DNA of 61,652 nucleotides, the filler included. It is 5 parts of 5 records of this genome, joined end to end, with 100 filler letters (N's around TTAATTAATTAA, not from the genome) between each part and the next. Parts side by side here need not be neighbours in the genome. Positions count along the whole stretch, not along the records: positions 1 to 15,919 come from SRR20825019_609; 4 more parts are not named here. One strand, 5' to 3'. Both the position numbers and the translations under genes were made by a program. Of the stretch, positions 1 to 10,227 are shown in pieces; the first letter of the stretch is position 1; the number at the start of each line of letters is the position of its first letter. Under the pieces are notes generated by a model. It was given only the letters and a program-made list of their open reading frames with translations. It was not told the DNA's origin and made no database searches.

Positions 1-27
1 TGGACCCCGGCTCAAGGCCGGGGTGAC
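1..27. repeat. Alphaproteobacterial REP-like palindrome (TGGACCCCGGCTCAAGGCCGGGGTGAC)
   Basis: 8-bp stem ACCCCGGC/GCCGGGGT with TCAAG loop and TGAC end; resembles the common GTCA(T/C)CCCGG-type intergenic repeats of Rhizobiales; sits at a contig end, as repeats often do. Confidence 0.6.
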
Positions 28-146
28 GGATGCGGGGATGTGAGGTGTGAATTTTATCAACACCGACTCATGAGCCGGGGTTTCAAGCCGGGCGAAGATG
101 ACACAGCCGTTCAACCAGCGTAAAACCAAGCCGGGAGCGGTTGAAC

Positions 147-1067
147 ATGAGTGCCTGTTACCTTGGTTGCGATATCGGCGGCACGGCATCGCGCTATGCG
201 ATGGCGGATGCTACGGGCGCGATCATCGCCCGGGGAACCGCGCCCGGCGCGGGCGGACTGGTTCATGATCCGGTCGCCCGGAAAGCCCTTGAAGCGACGC
301 TTGCCGGGATCGCCGGGGCGATGCAGGGAACGGCGGCGAACGCCGTATTCGGCCTGACCGGCTATGATCCTCAGACACGAAGCGAGGTCGCGGAGCTTAT
401 CTGTCGCGCTTGCGCTCTGCCGCCGGACAAACTGTTCATCCTTGACGATATCGAATTGGCCTATCGCTGCCTGTTTGCGCCCGGCGAAGGGCATATCGTC
501 GTCGCGGGCACGGGGGTGATCGGGCTTCATATCGATGCGGATGGCGGCAGGCTCAGGGTCGGCGGGCGCGGCATGCTGGTCGATGACGGGGGATCGGCCG
601 GATGGATCGCGCTTGCCGCGATCCGCGCGCTCTACCGCAGGCTTGACGAGGACGGCTCGCCGGGTGACATGGCGCGGCTTGCCGAGGCTCTTTATCGCCA
701 TGCCGGCGGCCGTGGCTGGCCGGATATCAAGGCGCTCGTCTATGCCGGCAACCGGGGGCGCATCGGGGAGATGGCCCGGGCGGTGGCGGAGGCGGCAGAC
801 GCGGGTGACGATTTTTCGAAAACTTTGCTGCGCAAGGCGGGGCTTGAGCTTGCGCGTCTCGGCCATCTTCTGCGCAAGCGCGGCGGCGATCACCCGGTCG
901 CCTTTACCGGCGGCGCGTTGCGACTTTCGCCGCTGATCGGCGCGACAATCGTGCAAAGTCTCGGCGACTGCGCGCGTTTTCCGGCGCTTGATCCGGCGGT
1001 GGGAGCGGCAGGTCTGGCGCTCACCGCCAGTCGGAATAGGGGTGTTCTGCGCCACAGTAATCCGTGA
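147..1067 (+). CDS. BadF/BadG/BcrA/BcrD-type N-acetylglucosamine kinase-like sugar kinase
   Basis: ASKHA phosphate-1 motif LGCDIGGT, plus IVVAGTG and RVGGRGMLVDDGGSAGWI motifs. Confidence 0.8.
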   Translation: MSACYLGCDIGGTASRYAMADATGAIIARGTAPGAGGLVHDPVARKALEATLAGIAGAMQGTAANAVFGLTGYDPQTRSEVAELICRACALPPDKLFILDDIELAYRCLFAPGEGHIVVAGTGVIGLHIDADGGRLRVGGRGMLVDDGGSAGWIALAAIRALYRRLDEDGSPGDMARLAEALYRHAGGRGWPDIKALVYAGNRGRIGEMARAVAEAADAGDDFSKTLLRKAGLELARLGHLLRKRGGDHPVAFTGGALRLSPLIGATIVQSLGDCARFPALDPAVGAAGLALTASRNRGVLRHSNP

Positions 1068-2079
1068 CCCGGTATTCACCGTCGCCGGTTTCCTCCAGAT
1101 AGCAGGGGCCGATCGGGGCCTTGCCCTGGCCGCCCGGTATATCGAGCACATAGGTCGGCAGGCAGAGCCCGGAGATCGTGCCCTGCAGCGCCCGCATCAG
1201 GGCCTGGCCGCGCGAAATCGGCACGGCGAAATGGGCGACGCCCTTCGCCTTGTCGAGGTGGTGCAGGTAATATGGCTTGACCCGGTTGGCGACGAGCGTC
1301 TTGAACAGGGTCGCCAGCGTTTCGGCCTCGTCGTTGATGCCCTTCAGCAGCACGGTCTGGGCGAACAGCGGAATGCCGCCATCGGCAAGGCGCGCCAGTC
1401 CCGTTCGCACCGCCTCCGTCAGTTCGCGCGGATGGTTGACATGGATGACGATGTTGACCGTCTTGCCCGCCCCCTTCAGCGCGGCGACGAGATCATCGTT
1501 GATGCGCTCGGGCGTCACCAGCGGCGCGCGGGTGTGGATGCGGATCACGGCGACATGATCGATTTGCCCCAGCGCCAGCATCAGCGCGGCGAGCCTGCGA
1601 TCGGACAGCACCAGCGGATCGCCGCCCGACAGGATCACCTCCCAGATTTCGGCATGGTCGCGGATATAATCAAGCGCTGTGGCAAGTTCTTGCGGGTCAA
1701 GGGCGGCCTCCGGTTCGCCCACGGTTTCGCGGCGGAAGCAGAAGCGGCAATAGACCTGGCAGGCATGGGTCGGCTTCAGCAGCACCCGGTCCGGATAGCG
1801 GTGGGTCACGCCCTTTGCCCGCTCGAACGCGCCATCGCCGATCGGGTCGTCCATTTCGCCGTCATAGGCCTCAAGCTCGCGCACATCCGGCACGAACTGG
1901 CGCGCCAGCGGATCGTCGGCGGCCACCGTTTCGATTGCCGACAGGATATGGGCGGGGATGCGGATCCTGAAATTTTCGGCGACAGTTGCGATATCTTCGG
2001 CGGCCTCGGCCGGCACGAGCCCGCGCGCCACCAGCGCCTCGGTCTGCGTAATCGCCGCTTTCACTTTGCTCTCGGACAT
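1021..2079 (-). CDS. epmB: Lysine 2,3-aminomutase-like radical SAM protein (KamA/EpmB family)
   Basis: HRYPDRVLL, CQVYCRFCFRR (CxxxCxxC), ILSGGDPL, QTVLLKGIND, PYYLHHLD, DIPGGQGK. Confidence 0.85.
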   Translation of the reverse strand: MSESKVKAAITQTEALVARGLVPAEAAEDIATVAENFRIRIPAHILSAIETVAADDPLARQFVPDVRELEAYDGEMDDPIGDGAFERAKGVTHRYPDRVLLKPTHACQVYCRFCFRRETVGEPEAALDPQELATALDYIRDHAEIWEVILSGGDPLVLSDRRLAALMLALGQIDHVAVIRIHTRAPLVTPERINDDLVAALKGAGKTVNIVIHVNHPRELTEAVRTGLARLADGGIPLFAQTVLLKGINDEAETLATLFKTLVANRVKPYYLHHLDKAKGVAHFAVPISRGQALMRALQGTISGLCLPTYVLDIPGGQGKAPIGPCYLEETGDGEYRVTDYCGAEHPYSDWR

Positions 2080-2291
2080 GGCCGCCCCGTCGCTGGTTTC
2101 AATGCGGGCCTTCTAAATGGTTTATGTCGCCAAGCAAAGCCATCAGGGGGCGGACGCGCTGCAAGCGTTTTTCTCAAGCCTGCCCGCGGTTTGGGAAGTG
2201 TTAATCATTCCATGGCTTTGGCGTCGCCTTTCCGGCGCGTGTCCATCGCTCGACGCTTGTCATTGCGCCGGATTTGTCCCACCATCCGGTC

Positions 2292-3680
2292 ATGACAAAA
2301 TGGCGCCCGAATCCCCGGCTGATCAAGCGGCCGGCCTATCTTTCCATCGCTGAGCAGATCGCAGCCGCCGTGCGCAGCGGCCTGCTGATCGATGGCATGC
2401 GCCTGCCGCCGCAGCGCGAGATGGCGGCCGATCTCAAGGTCTCGGTACAGACCGTCAGCCGGGCCTATGAGGAGCTTTCGCGGCGCGGCATGGTGGTCGG
2501 CGAGGTCGGGCGCGGCTCCTATATCAAGGCCGAACCGGTAGCCCCCGAGCGGCCCTACCTGACCGAGGGCGGCAGCGGCGTCATCGATCTTTCGGTTCTG
2601 AAGCCGGTCTGCGAAAGCCGCAGTCTCGCCAAATTCCGCGCGGCCTTCGCCGATCTCGGCGCGACCATGCCGCCGGAACTGGCCTTTTCGATGATGCCCA
2701 ACGCGCTGTTCCGGCGCTATCGCATGGCCGGGATCAACTGGCTTGCCGCCTGCGGGCTGAAGGCGCCCGCCCACGGAATCACGGTGACCAACGGTTCCAG
2801 CGATGCGATGACGGCGGCGTTCATGAGCGTCGTTCCGTCCGGTTCGGCGCTCGCCGTGGAGGCGCTTACCCATCCGATGGTGCGCCCGCTCGCCGGCTAT
2901 CTGGGCATCGATCTCGAGGGCGTGGAGATGGATGAGGAGGGCATCGTGCCGGCCGCGCTGGAGGCCGCTGCCGGCAGGAAGCGGCTCAGGGCGATCTTCC
3001 TTCAGCCGTCCGCCGCCGGCCCGCAGGCGATCGTCATGAGCGCGCCGCGCCGCCGCGCGATCGCGGCGATCGCCCGCAGGCTCGACCTCGCCATCATCGA
3101 AAACGATGTGCTGGGACCGCTCGTCGAAAATCGTCCGCCTCCGGTGGCGGCCTTTGCGCCGGAGCGCACGCTCTACATGACAGACCTGTCCAAGAACACG
3201 ATCCCGGGTCTGCGTTGCGGGTTTCTGGCGGCGCCCGACCGCTTTGCCGCCGCCGTTTCCAACCGCTACCTGGCGGCCAACTGGGTGGCGACCCCGGTGA
3301 TGGCGGAGATCGCCAGCCGCTGGATCATCGATGGCACCGCGATCGAGCTCGTCAACTGGCAGCGCCAGGCTCTGATGCGTCGCCGCGCGATCGCCGAAAA
3401 GTCGCTTGCCGGTATCGCCTGCCGGATGACGCCGGGCGCGCTGCATGTCTGGATTGAGCTGCCGGATGGCATCACCGAGGCGACGATGATCGAGCGGACG
3501 AAAAGCCGGGGCGTCGGGGTGGCGGCCGGTTCGAGCTTCCATGTCGGGCGCGATGCCGCAGCGCCCGCGATCCGGGTGGCGCTTGCCGCCTCGAGCGAAC
3601 TGGAACTCGCCTCATCGCTAACGCTGATCGCGGCCCTGCTGAAGGGCGAACGTCAACTTCCCAAACCGATCATGGCGTGA
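2292..3680 (+). CDS. MocR/GabR-family regulator (GntR wHTH + PLP aminotransferase-like domain), EhuR/EnuR-like
   Basis: RLPPQREMAADLKVSVQTVSRAYEEL HTH; DLSKNTIPGLRCG with the PLP lysine; N-terminus MTKWRP..RPAYLSIAEQI resembles ectoine-utilisation regulators. Confidence 0.8.
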   Translation: MTKWRPNPRLIKRPAYLSIAEQIAAAVRSGLLIDGMRLPPQREMAADLKVSVQTVSRAYEELSRRGMVVGEVGRGSYIKAEPVAPERPYLTEGGSGVIDLSVLKPVCESRSLAKFRAAFADLGATMPPELAFSMMPNALFRRYRMAGINWLAACGLKAPAHGITVTNGSSDAMTAAFMSVVPSGSALAVEALTHPMVRPLAGYLGIDLEGVEMDEEGIVPAALEAAAGRKRLRAIFLQPSAAGPQAIVMSAPRRRAIAAIARRLDLAIIENDVLGPLVENRPPPVAAFAPERTLYMTDLSKNTIPGLRCGFLAAPDRFAAAVSNRYLAANWVATPVMAEIASRWIIDGTAIELVNWQRQALMRRRAIAEKSLAGIACRMTPGALHVWIELPDGITEATMIERTKSRGVGVAAGSSFHVGRDAAAPAIRVALAASSELELASSLTLIAALLKGERQLPKPIMA

Positions 3681-3684
3681 AGCG

Positions 3685-4503
3685 ATGGCGGGAGAGGTAA
3701 AGCCCCTGACGCCCCTGTTCACCCATGGAAGCAGGGAAGACGCGGCCGACCGGCCCCTTGCCGGCGAAACGGCGGTGGCGATGAGCTATGGCGGCTCGAC
3801 CCATGCGGTGATGATGGCGACGCCCGCCGATCTCGTCGATTTCGCCTGTGGTTTCAGCCTGACCGAAGGCATCGTCAGGGATTGCGGGGAGATCGAGGAG
3901 GTCGATGTCGTTGCCTTGGGCAAGGGCATCGATGTGCAGATCACGCTGCGGGCGGATCGGTCCGAGGCGCTCGCCGCCCGCCGCCGCTCGATGGCCGGCC
4001 CTGTCGGTTGCGGGCTGTGCGGGCTCGAGAGCATCGAGGCCGCGGTGCGGGCGGTGCCGAAGGTCGCAGCCCCGAACTTCCGCCTGCGCGACAACGAGGT
4101 GAACGCCGCCGTCGATGCGCTTTCGCGCGCGCAGCCGCTGTTTGCCGCCACCCGCGCGGTGCATGGCGCCGGTTTCTATCGCCCGGGCGATGGCATGCTG
4201 GCGGTCCGTGAGGATGTCGGCCGCCACAATGCGCTCGACAAGCTGATCGGCGCGCTGGCGCGAGAGGGCGTTGATGCGGGCGCGGGCGCGATTGTCGTCA
4301 GCAGCCGGCTCTCGGTGGAAATGGTGCAGAAGGCGGCGATCGCCGGCAGCCCGGTGCTGATCGCGATCTCGGCGCCGACAGCTCTTGCGGTCGAGACGGC
4401 GGAGGCCGCCGGCCTGACGCTGATCGCCACGGCGCGGGGCGACGGCTTCAGCGTTTACACCCACAGCGACCGGATCGTCATGGCGGGATTGCATGAAGGA
4501 TGA
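3685..4503 (+). CDS. fdhD: Formate dehydrogenase accessory sulfurtransferase FdhD
   Basis: AVMMATPADL, GCGLCG, REDVGRHNALDKLIG, SSRLSVEMVQKA motifs. Confidence 0.92.
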   Translation: MAGEVKPLTPLFTHGSREDAADRPLAGETAVAMSYGGSTHAVMMATPADLVDFACGFSLTEGIVRDCGEIEEVDVVALGKGIDVQITLRADRSEALAARRRSMAGPVGCGLCGLESIEAAVRAVPKVAAPNFRLRDNEVNAAVDALSRAQPLFAATRAVHGAGFYRPGDGMLAVREDVGRHNALDKLIGALAREGVDAGAGAIVVSSRLSVEMVQKAAIAGSPVLIAISAPTALAVETAEAAGLTLIATARGDGFSVYTHSDRIVMAGLHEG

Positions 4504-5068
4504 TGTCGCAGAGTTGATTGCGGCGGCATCGGAAAGCCCGCTTCTGAGGCCGTTTCTGGAAAACTGGAGCCTGATCGATCTTCCGGACTGCTGGCTGGTC
4601 GCCGGCGCTTTGGCCCAGACGGTCTGGAACCGCCGGTTCGGCATGGACCCGGCACATGGAATTGCCGACATCGATATCGTCTATTTTGACCCGACTGATC
4701 TTTCGGAACGGGCGGAAGCCGGCCATGCCGCCCGCGTTCGCGCGGCGTTTTCCACTGTGCCGGCCTGGATCGACGTCAAGAACCAGGCCCGGGTTCATCT
4801 CTGGTACGGCGATCGCTTCGGCTTCGACATCGCCCCTTACGAAGGCGTCGGCGAAGCGATCGCCACCTTTCCCACCACGGCCACTGCCCTCGGGATCAGG
4901 CCGAAAGCCGACGGTTTCGATTGCGATGCGCCGTTCGGCCTTGCCGATCTCGTCAACGCAGTCGTGCGTCCCAACAAGACCCAGGTGTCGCGCGAGGTCT
5001 ACGAGAACAAGGTCGAGCGCTGGAAGACGCTATGGCCGGCGCTGACGGTCGTCGGCTGGGATGCGTGA
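4493..5068 (+). CDS. Nucleotidyltransferase family protein (DUF925-like)
   Basis: WLVAGALAQTVWN, DIDIVYFD, DVKNQARVHLWY, WKTLWPAL motifs; start overlaps the fdhD stop. Confidence 0.8.
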   Translation: MKDDVAELIAAASESPLLRPFLENWSLIDLPDCWLVAGALAQTVWNRRFGMDPAHGIADIDIVYFDPTDLSERAEAGHAARVRAAFSTVPAWIDVKNQARVHLWYGDRFGFDIAPYEGVGEAIATFPTTATALGIRPKADGFDCDAPFGLADLVNAVVRPNKTQVSREVYENKVERWKTLWPALTVVGWDA

Positions 5069-5109
5069 GGGACGAAACTGCCCTTCCCATCGCCACGGCC
5101 ATGCCGCAC

Positions 5110-5134
5110 AAAAAAAGCGCCCGGAGGCGCCTTT
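5110..5134 (-). terminator. Intrinsic terminator downstream of gcrA
   Basis: GCGCC-CGGA-GGCGC hairpin followed on the minus strand by a 7-U tract. Confidence 0.6.
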
Positions 5135-5157
5135 CTCGATACCGATCTACTGCGTGG

Positions 5158-5718
5158 TCAGCCCGCGCGGCGGCGGTCGCTGGCCGGTTGGTAGGCCAGC
5201 TTGGCGTGGTAGCTGCAATAGGGCGTATTCTCGGGCGCTTCGCAACCGCAGAAATAGAAATCATCCTGGGTCGGATCGCCGACCGGCCATTTGCAGGTCA
5301 TTTCGGTGAGTTCGGTGAGCGCGACCTTCTTCATGATCGGCACGACAACATTGTCTGGCGCCGACCGCGGCCGCGTCGCCGGAACGGTTTCGGCTTCGAC
5401 GTCGTGCTTGAGCGCGGTGGCGCCGGCGGTGCGTGGCTGCACGGACGCGGTCGGCGGCGCTGCGGCCGGGCGGCGGCCTGCGACCCGTGAGGCGAAATTC
5501 GGCGCTCTCGGCGGGGTGGTGTTGCGCGCCGTCGCCCGTGTTGCCGGCTGTGAAGGCGCGCCGCCGCTCTTGGCGCGACCGGGCAGCGACAGGCGGTGCA
5601 CCTTGCCGATCACGGCGTTGCGCGTGACGCCCCCAAGCTGGTTGGCGATCTGGCTCGCGCTCAGGCCCTCCGACCAGAGTTGTTTGAGTTTTTCGACACG
5701 ATCGTCTGTCCAGCTCAT
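5158..5718 (-). CDS. gcrA: Cell cycle regulator GcrA
   Basis: MSWTDDRVEKLKQLWSEGLSASQIA...VTRNAVIGKVHRL N-terminus; CKWPVGDP...FCG...PYCSYH C-terminus; conserved position divergent from argD. Confidence 0.95.
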   Translation of the reverse strand: MSWTDDRVEKLKQLWSEGLSASQIANQLGGVTRNAVIGKVHRLSLPGRAKSGGAPSQPATRATARNTTPPRAPNFASRVAGRRPAAAPPTASVQPRTAGATALKHDVEAETVPATRPRSAPDNVVVPIMKKVALTELTEMTCKWPVGDPTQDDFYFCGCEAPENTPYCSYHAKLAYQPASDRRRAG

Positions 5719-6100
5719 ATATCGTCTCCGGCTATTGCGGGCGGAATCCGGCGTCATGCTCCGAAACATGTCCGAAACAGGAAAATGTCGCCAATCCGGG
5801 TAATCAGATCCGCCGCTTGCAGTATTCTGTTGGCTCGTAAGGTAGGCCTATGGTCGGGGCGTGGCAAGGTTACGGGGAATCGCGCGAATCGTTTTCCATG
5901 GTTTTCCCCAACTTGGTGATTTTTGTTCTGGCTCGCTGGAAATTTGAGGCCGCAACGCCGAACGGCCCGGACGCCACCGCGTTTGTTGACATTGGAGGCG
6001 GACATGACAATATAAGGCCTGCCGCCGCCTTGAGGCGGCATTTTTAATTTCTGCGGGCGGTCAAAAAGCGCCCCTGTCATCTTGTCGGAGTTTCACCGCC

Positions 6101-7282
6101 ATGTCCGGAGTATCGCCTCTTTATAATACGTTCGCCAGAATACCGCTCAATTTCGAGCGCGGCGAAGGCGTGTGGCTGATCACGGACAAGGGCGAGCGAT
6201 ATCTCGACTTCGCCGCCGGCGTTGCCGTCAATTCGCTCGGCCATGCCCACCCGCATCTGGTCGAGGCGCTGAAGGGACAGGCCGAAAAGCTGTGGCACGT
6301 CTCCAACCTCTATCAGGTCGCGGGGCAGGAAAAGCTCGCCGAACGTCTGACGGCGGCGACGTTTGCCGACAAGGTGTTCTTCTCCAATTCCGGCGCCGAG
6401 GCGCTTGAGACGGCGATCAAGACCGCGCGGCGCTATCATTACGCCAAGGGCCATCCGGAAAAGATCGACATCATTACCTTCGAGGGCGCTTTCCATGGCC
6501 GTACGCTCGGGACGATCGCGGCCGGCGGGCAGGCGAAATACATGGAGGGCTTCGGCCCCAAGGCGCCCGGCTTCATCCAGATCCCGGCCGGCGACCTCGA
6601 TCTGCTGAAGGCCACGATCACGCCGGAAACGGCGGCGCTGATGATCGAGCCGATCCAGGGCGAGGGCGGTGTGCGCATCGTCGACAAGGGCTTCCTTCAG
6701 GCCATGCGCGCGCTTTGCGACGAGCACGACCTGCTGTTGATCTTCGACGAGGTCCAGACCGGCGTCGGACGAACCGGAACGCTGTTCGCCTATGAACAGA
6801 CCGGCGTGGCGCCGGACATCATGGCGATTGCCAAGGGCATCGGCGGCGGTTTTCCCGTGGCCGCCTGCCTTGCGACGGAGGAAGCTGCATCCGGCATGGC
6901 GCCGGGCGTGCACGGCACCACCTTTGGCGGCAATCCGCTGGCGATGGCCGTCGGCAACGCCGTGCTCGACGTGGTCATGGAAGACGGTTTCCTTGAACAT
7001 GTCAGGGAAGTGGGCCTCGTCTTCAAGCAGGGCCTTGCCGGGTTGAAGGACCGCTATCCGGGCGTGATCGCCGAAATCCGCGGCGAAGGCCTGATGCTCG
7101 GCATCAAGGCCAATGTGCCTGCCGGTGATCTCGCTGTCGCCATGCGCGAGGAAAAGCTGCTGTCCGTGCCTGCCGGCGACAATGTCATCCGCCTGTTGCC
7201 GCCGCTGACGGTCTCGGCCGAGGAAGCGCGCGAAGGCATCGCAAGGCTCGGCCGTGCCGCTGAAAAGCTCTCGGCCGCCTAG
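6101..7282 (+). CDS. argD: Acetylornithine aminotransferase
   Basis: Class III aminotransferase motifs [36 protein letters not shown]; upstream of argF. Confidence 0.92.
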   Translation: MSGVSPLYNTFARIPLNFERGEGVWLITDKGERYLDFAAGVAVNSLGHAHPHLVEALKGQAEKLWHVSNLYQVAGQEKLAERLTAATFADKVFFSNSGAEALETAIKTARRYHYAKGHPEKIDIITFEGAFHGRTLGTIAAGGQAKYMEGFGPKAPGFIQIPAGDLDLLKATITPETAALMIEPIQGEGGVRIVDKGFLQAMRALCDEHDLLLIFDEVQTGVGRTGTLFAYEQTGVAPDIMAIAKGIGGGFPVAACLATEEAASGMAPGVHGTTFGGNPLAMAVGNAVLDVVMEDGFLEHVREVGLVFKQGLAGLKDRYPGVIAEIRGEGLMLGIKANVPAGDLAVAMREEKLLSVPAGDNVIRLLPPLTVSAEEAREGIARLGRAAEKLSAA

Positions 7283-7356
7283 CGCGCGACCGGTCGCTTC
7301 CGGCTTTCCGTCGCGATGCGTGCAAAACGAAGTTCTATCTGTGAAAGAGTAGTTCC

Positions 7357-8277
7357 ATGTCCAATCCGAGGCATTTTCTCGATCTCTCCGCCGTTTCGAA
7401 ATCCGCGCTGCGTGGCATTCTCGACGATGCGGCGAGCCGAAAGACCGCACAGAAAGCTGGCACTGCGGACAAGCCTCTTGCCGGCAAGGTTCTGGCGATG
7501 ATCTTCGAGAAGCCGTCGACGCGCACAAGGGTCTCCTTCGACGTCGGCATGCGTCAGCTCGGCGGCGATACGCTGGTGCTTTCGGGCAAGGACATGCAGC
7601 TCGGCCGGGCCGAAACGATCGGCGATACGGCGCGGGTTCTGTCGCGCTATGTCGACGCCATCATGATCCGCACCACCGATCACCACAGGCTGCTGGAGCT
7701 TGCCGAAACCGCCACCGTGCCGGTGATCAACGGACTGACGGATGCGACGCATCCCTGCCAGATCATGGCCGATCTGCAGACCTTCGAAGAGCATAACGGC
7801 CCGGTGGCAGGCAAGACCATTGCCTGGACCGGTGATGGCAACAATGTGCTGCACTCCTTCCTGGAAGGGGCGGGGCGGTTTTCCTACCGCATGAACATTG
7901 CCGTGCCGCAGGGCTCCGAGCCGGAAATGCGGTTTGTGGACTGGGCGCGCGCGGAAGGGGCGGAGGTCAATTTCTTCGAGACCGCGGCCGAAGCCGTCGA
8001 AGGGGCCGACTGCGTCGTCACCGACACCTGGATTTCGATGAACCAGGAGCACAAGGCGCGTGGCCACAACGTGTTCCAGCCCTATCAGGTCAATGCCGAA
8101 CTGATGAAAAAGGCGAACGGCAACGCCATATTCATGCACTGCCTGCCCGCCCATCGCGGCGAGGAGGTGACTGACGAGGTGATGGACGGCCCGCAATCGG
8201 TCGTCTTTGACGAGGCCGAGAACCGGCTTCATGCCCAGAAATCCGTTCTGGCCTGGTGTCTCGGCGCGTTCGATTGA
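7357..8277 (+). CDS. argF: Ornithine carbamoyltransferase
   Basis: [28 protein letters not shown] motifs. Confidence 0.95.
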   Translation: MSNPRHFLDLSAVSKSALRGILDDAASRKTAQKAGTADKPLAGKVLAMIFEKPSTRTRVSFDVGMRQLGGDTLVLSGKDMQLGRAETIGDTARVLSRYVDAIMIRTTDHHRLLELAETATVPVINGLTDATHPCQIMADLQTFEEHNGPVAGKTIAWTGDGNNVLHSFLEGAGRFSYRMNIAVPQGSEPEMRFVDWARAEGAEVNFFETAAEAVEGADCVVTDTWISMNQEHKARGHNVFQPYQVNAELMKKANGNAIFMHCLPAHRGEEVTDEVMDGPQSVVFDEAENRLHAQKSVLAWCLGAFD

Positions 8278-8308
8278 AGCGCCGCCTTGCCGGGCAAGGA
8301 GATGAACA

Positions 8309-9298
8309 ATGGAAAATCTTGAAACCCAACTCGGCGAACTCGGTTTCGCCGGCGACGACATGGTTGTGCCGTTCCAGGTGGATGCGCTCGATGTGCGCGG
8401 CCGCACGGTCCAGCTCGGCCCGCTGCTCGACAAAATGCTGGCGCGCCATGCCTATCCCGAGCCCGTCGCCCGCCTGCTTGCCGAAGCCGTGGTGCTGACG
8501 GCGCTGATCGGAACATCGCTGAAATTCGAGGGCAAGTTCACCGTGCAGACCAAGGGCGACGGCCCGGTCGACCTGTTGGTCGCCGATTTCTCGACCCCGG
8601 ATGCGCTGCGCGGCTACGCCCGGTTTGATCAGGAAGCACTCGACGCCGCGATCGCAGAGGGGCGCAGCGAACCGGAAGCACTGCTCGGCAAGGGCGTGCT
8701 TGCCTTCACCATCGATCAGGGTGGCTTCATGCAACCCTATCAGGGGATCGTCGAACTCGACGGGCGCTCGCTTGAGGAAATCGCGATGGCCTATTTCCGC
8801 CAGTCGGAGCAGATCCCGACGGCGGTGCGCCTCGGCGTCGCGAAACTTTTTTCGCGCGACGAAAACGGCCAGCCGCGCGAAAGCTGGCGGGCCGGCGGGT
8901 TGGTGGCCCAGTTCCTGCCGCAGGAGCCCGAGCGCATGCGTCAGCCGGATCTTCCGGGCGGCGACGGCGACGAAGGCTTGCTTTCGCACGATCCGGACGA
9001 TGCCTGGTCGGAAGCCCGCGCCATGGTCGAAACCATCGATCTCGACGAGATCACCGATCCCGAGATCGGTGCCGAGCGGCTGCTCTACCGGCTGTTTCAC
9101 GAACGCGGCGTGGCGGTCTATCCCGCGCACGGGGTTTACGACCGCTGTTCGTGCTCGAGAGAGAAGATCCGCGATGTGCTCGGCGCCTTCACGGGCGAGG
9201 AGATCGAGGAAAGCACCGAAAACGGCAAGATTACGGTGACCTGCGAATTCTGCTCGACGGCATATGAATATACCCCCGAGGAGTTGCGGAAGGACTGA
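8309..9298 (+). CDS. hslO: Hsp33 redox-regulated chaperone
   Basis: YFRQSEQIPT and C-terminal CSCSRE...CEFC zinc motif; conserved argF-hslO order. Confidence 0.92.
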   Translation: MENLETQLGELGFAGDDMVVPFQVDALDVRGRTVQLGPLLDKMLARHAYPEPVARLLAEAVVLTALIGTSLKFEGKFTVQTKGDGPVDLLVADFSTPDALRGYARFDQEALDAAIAEGRSEPEALLGKGVLAFTIDQGGFMQPYQGIVELDGRSLEEIAMAYFRQSEQIPTAVRLGVAKLFSRDENGQPRESWRAGGLVAQFLPQEPERMRQPDLPGGDGDEGLLSHDPDDAWSEARAMVETIDLDEITDPEIGAERLLYRLFHERGVAVYPAHGVYDRCSCSREKIRDVLGAFTGEEIEESTENGKITVTCEFCSTAYEYTPEELRKD

Positions 9299-9304
9299 AT
9301 TCCG

Positions 9305-9342
9305 TCGAACCGCTCAGTTCAATTATTCATTGAATTGAGCGG
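9305..9342. promoter_or_regulatory. Putative TetR operator and inverted repeat upstream of the TetR gene
   Basis: TCGAAC-N6-GTTCAA at 9305-9322, overlapping a 14-bp inverted repeat with one mismatch (9310-9323/9329-9342); the same motif occurs upstream of emrA. Confidence 0.55.
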
Positions 9343-9459
9343 CCCCTCATCGTATGCGTAGATATGTTCCGCATAAGTCAAAAAACGTGTCCGGCGTTTC
9401 GCCGGACCGCAGGAACATTCAAGGCTGGGTTTTCGATCGCACCGGCGAGAGAGGCGATT

Positions 9460-10158
9460 TTGGGATTTGGAAAAGTCAAGGGCGGCTTCTGTCGACCGCA
9501 AGATGAAGTGGGTCGCTGTGTGTTCGGGCGTATCGGCCGGCACGCGGCGGGCGAGGACCCGGCCAAGCGTGCGCAGATACTCGAGGGCGCGCGCCAGGTG
9601 TTCATGAATGTCGGCTTCGATGCCGCCAGCATGAACGACATAACCCGCGCCGCCGGTGTTTCCAAGGGCACAATCTACGTCTATTTCGAAAACAAGGGCG
9701 AGCTGTTCCAGACCATCATCCTGGAGGCCAAGCAGCGTATCTTCGAGGATCTGCTCCAGACCCTGGCCGAGGACGATGCCGTTGAAAACGTTCTGACGCG
9801 TTTTGGCGCGCGGCTTGCGACAGGCATGACCTGCGAGGAGACGATCAGGGCGATGCGGATCGCCATCGGCGTTGCCGAGCGCTTCCCGGAACTGGTGCGC
9901 ACATTCTTCGGCGACCATCCCGATAACTTGATCGATACCCTGACAGATTTTGTGGTCGCACGCTCGAAGGCGGGAGAACTGGCGGCCGCCGAGCCGCGCG
10001 TCGCCGCCCAGCAGTTGCTGGATCTGTGTACCGGCCATCTCTGGAAGATGCGGCTGTTCGGGCTGATGGACGGGCCGCCGCCGCAGGCTGATATCGAGCG
10101 GTTGGCCGAGCGCGGCGTCCGCACCTTCATGAAAAGCTACGGCCCGCAGTCGGCGTAA
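9460..10158 (+). CDS. TetR/AcrR-family regulator (EmrR-like)
   Basis: KRAQILEGARQVF..GFDAASMNDITRAAGVSKGTIYVYF HTH; TTG start after GAGAGG chosen, start uncertain (ORF open from 9364). Confidence 0.85.
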   Translation: MGFGKVKGGFCRPQDEVGRCVFGRIGRHAAGEDPAKRAQILEGARQVFMNVGFDAASMNDITRAAGVSKGTIYVYFENKGELFQTIILEAKQRIFEDLLQTLAEDDAVENVLTRFGARLATGMTCEETIRAMRIAIGVAERFPELVRTFFGDHPDNLIDTLTDFVVARSKAGELAAAEPRVAAQQLLDLCTGHLWKMRLFGLMDGPPPQADIERLAERGVRTFMKSYGPQSA

Positions 10159-10227
10159 GAGCCCTTCGGTTGAGACGCGAAACGTCCCCGCAGCTCGGCC
10201 CGCTTTAAACCTGAAGGCGCGGAAGCG

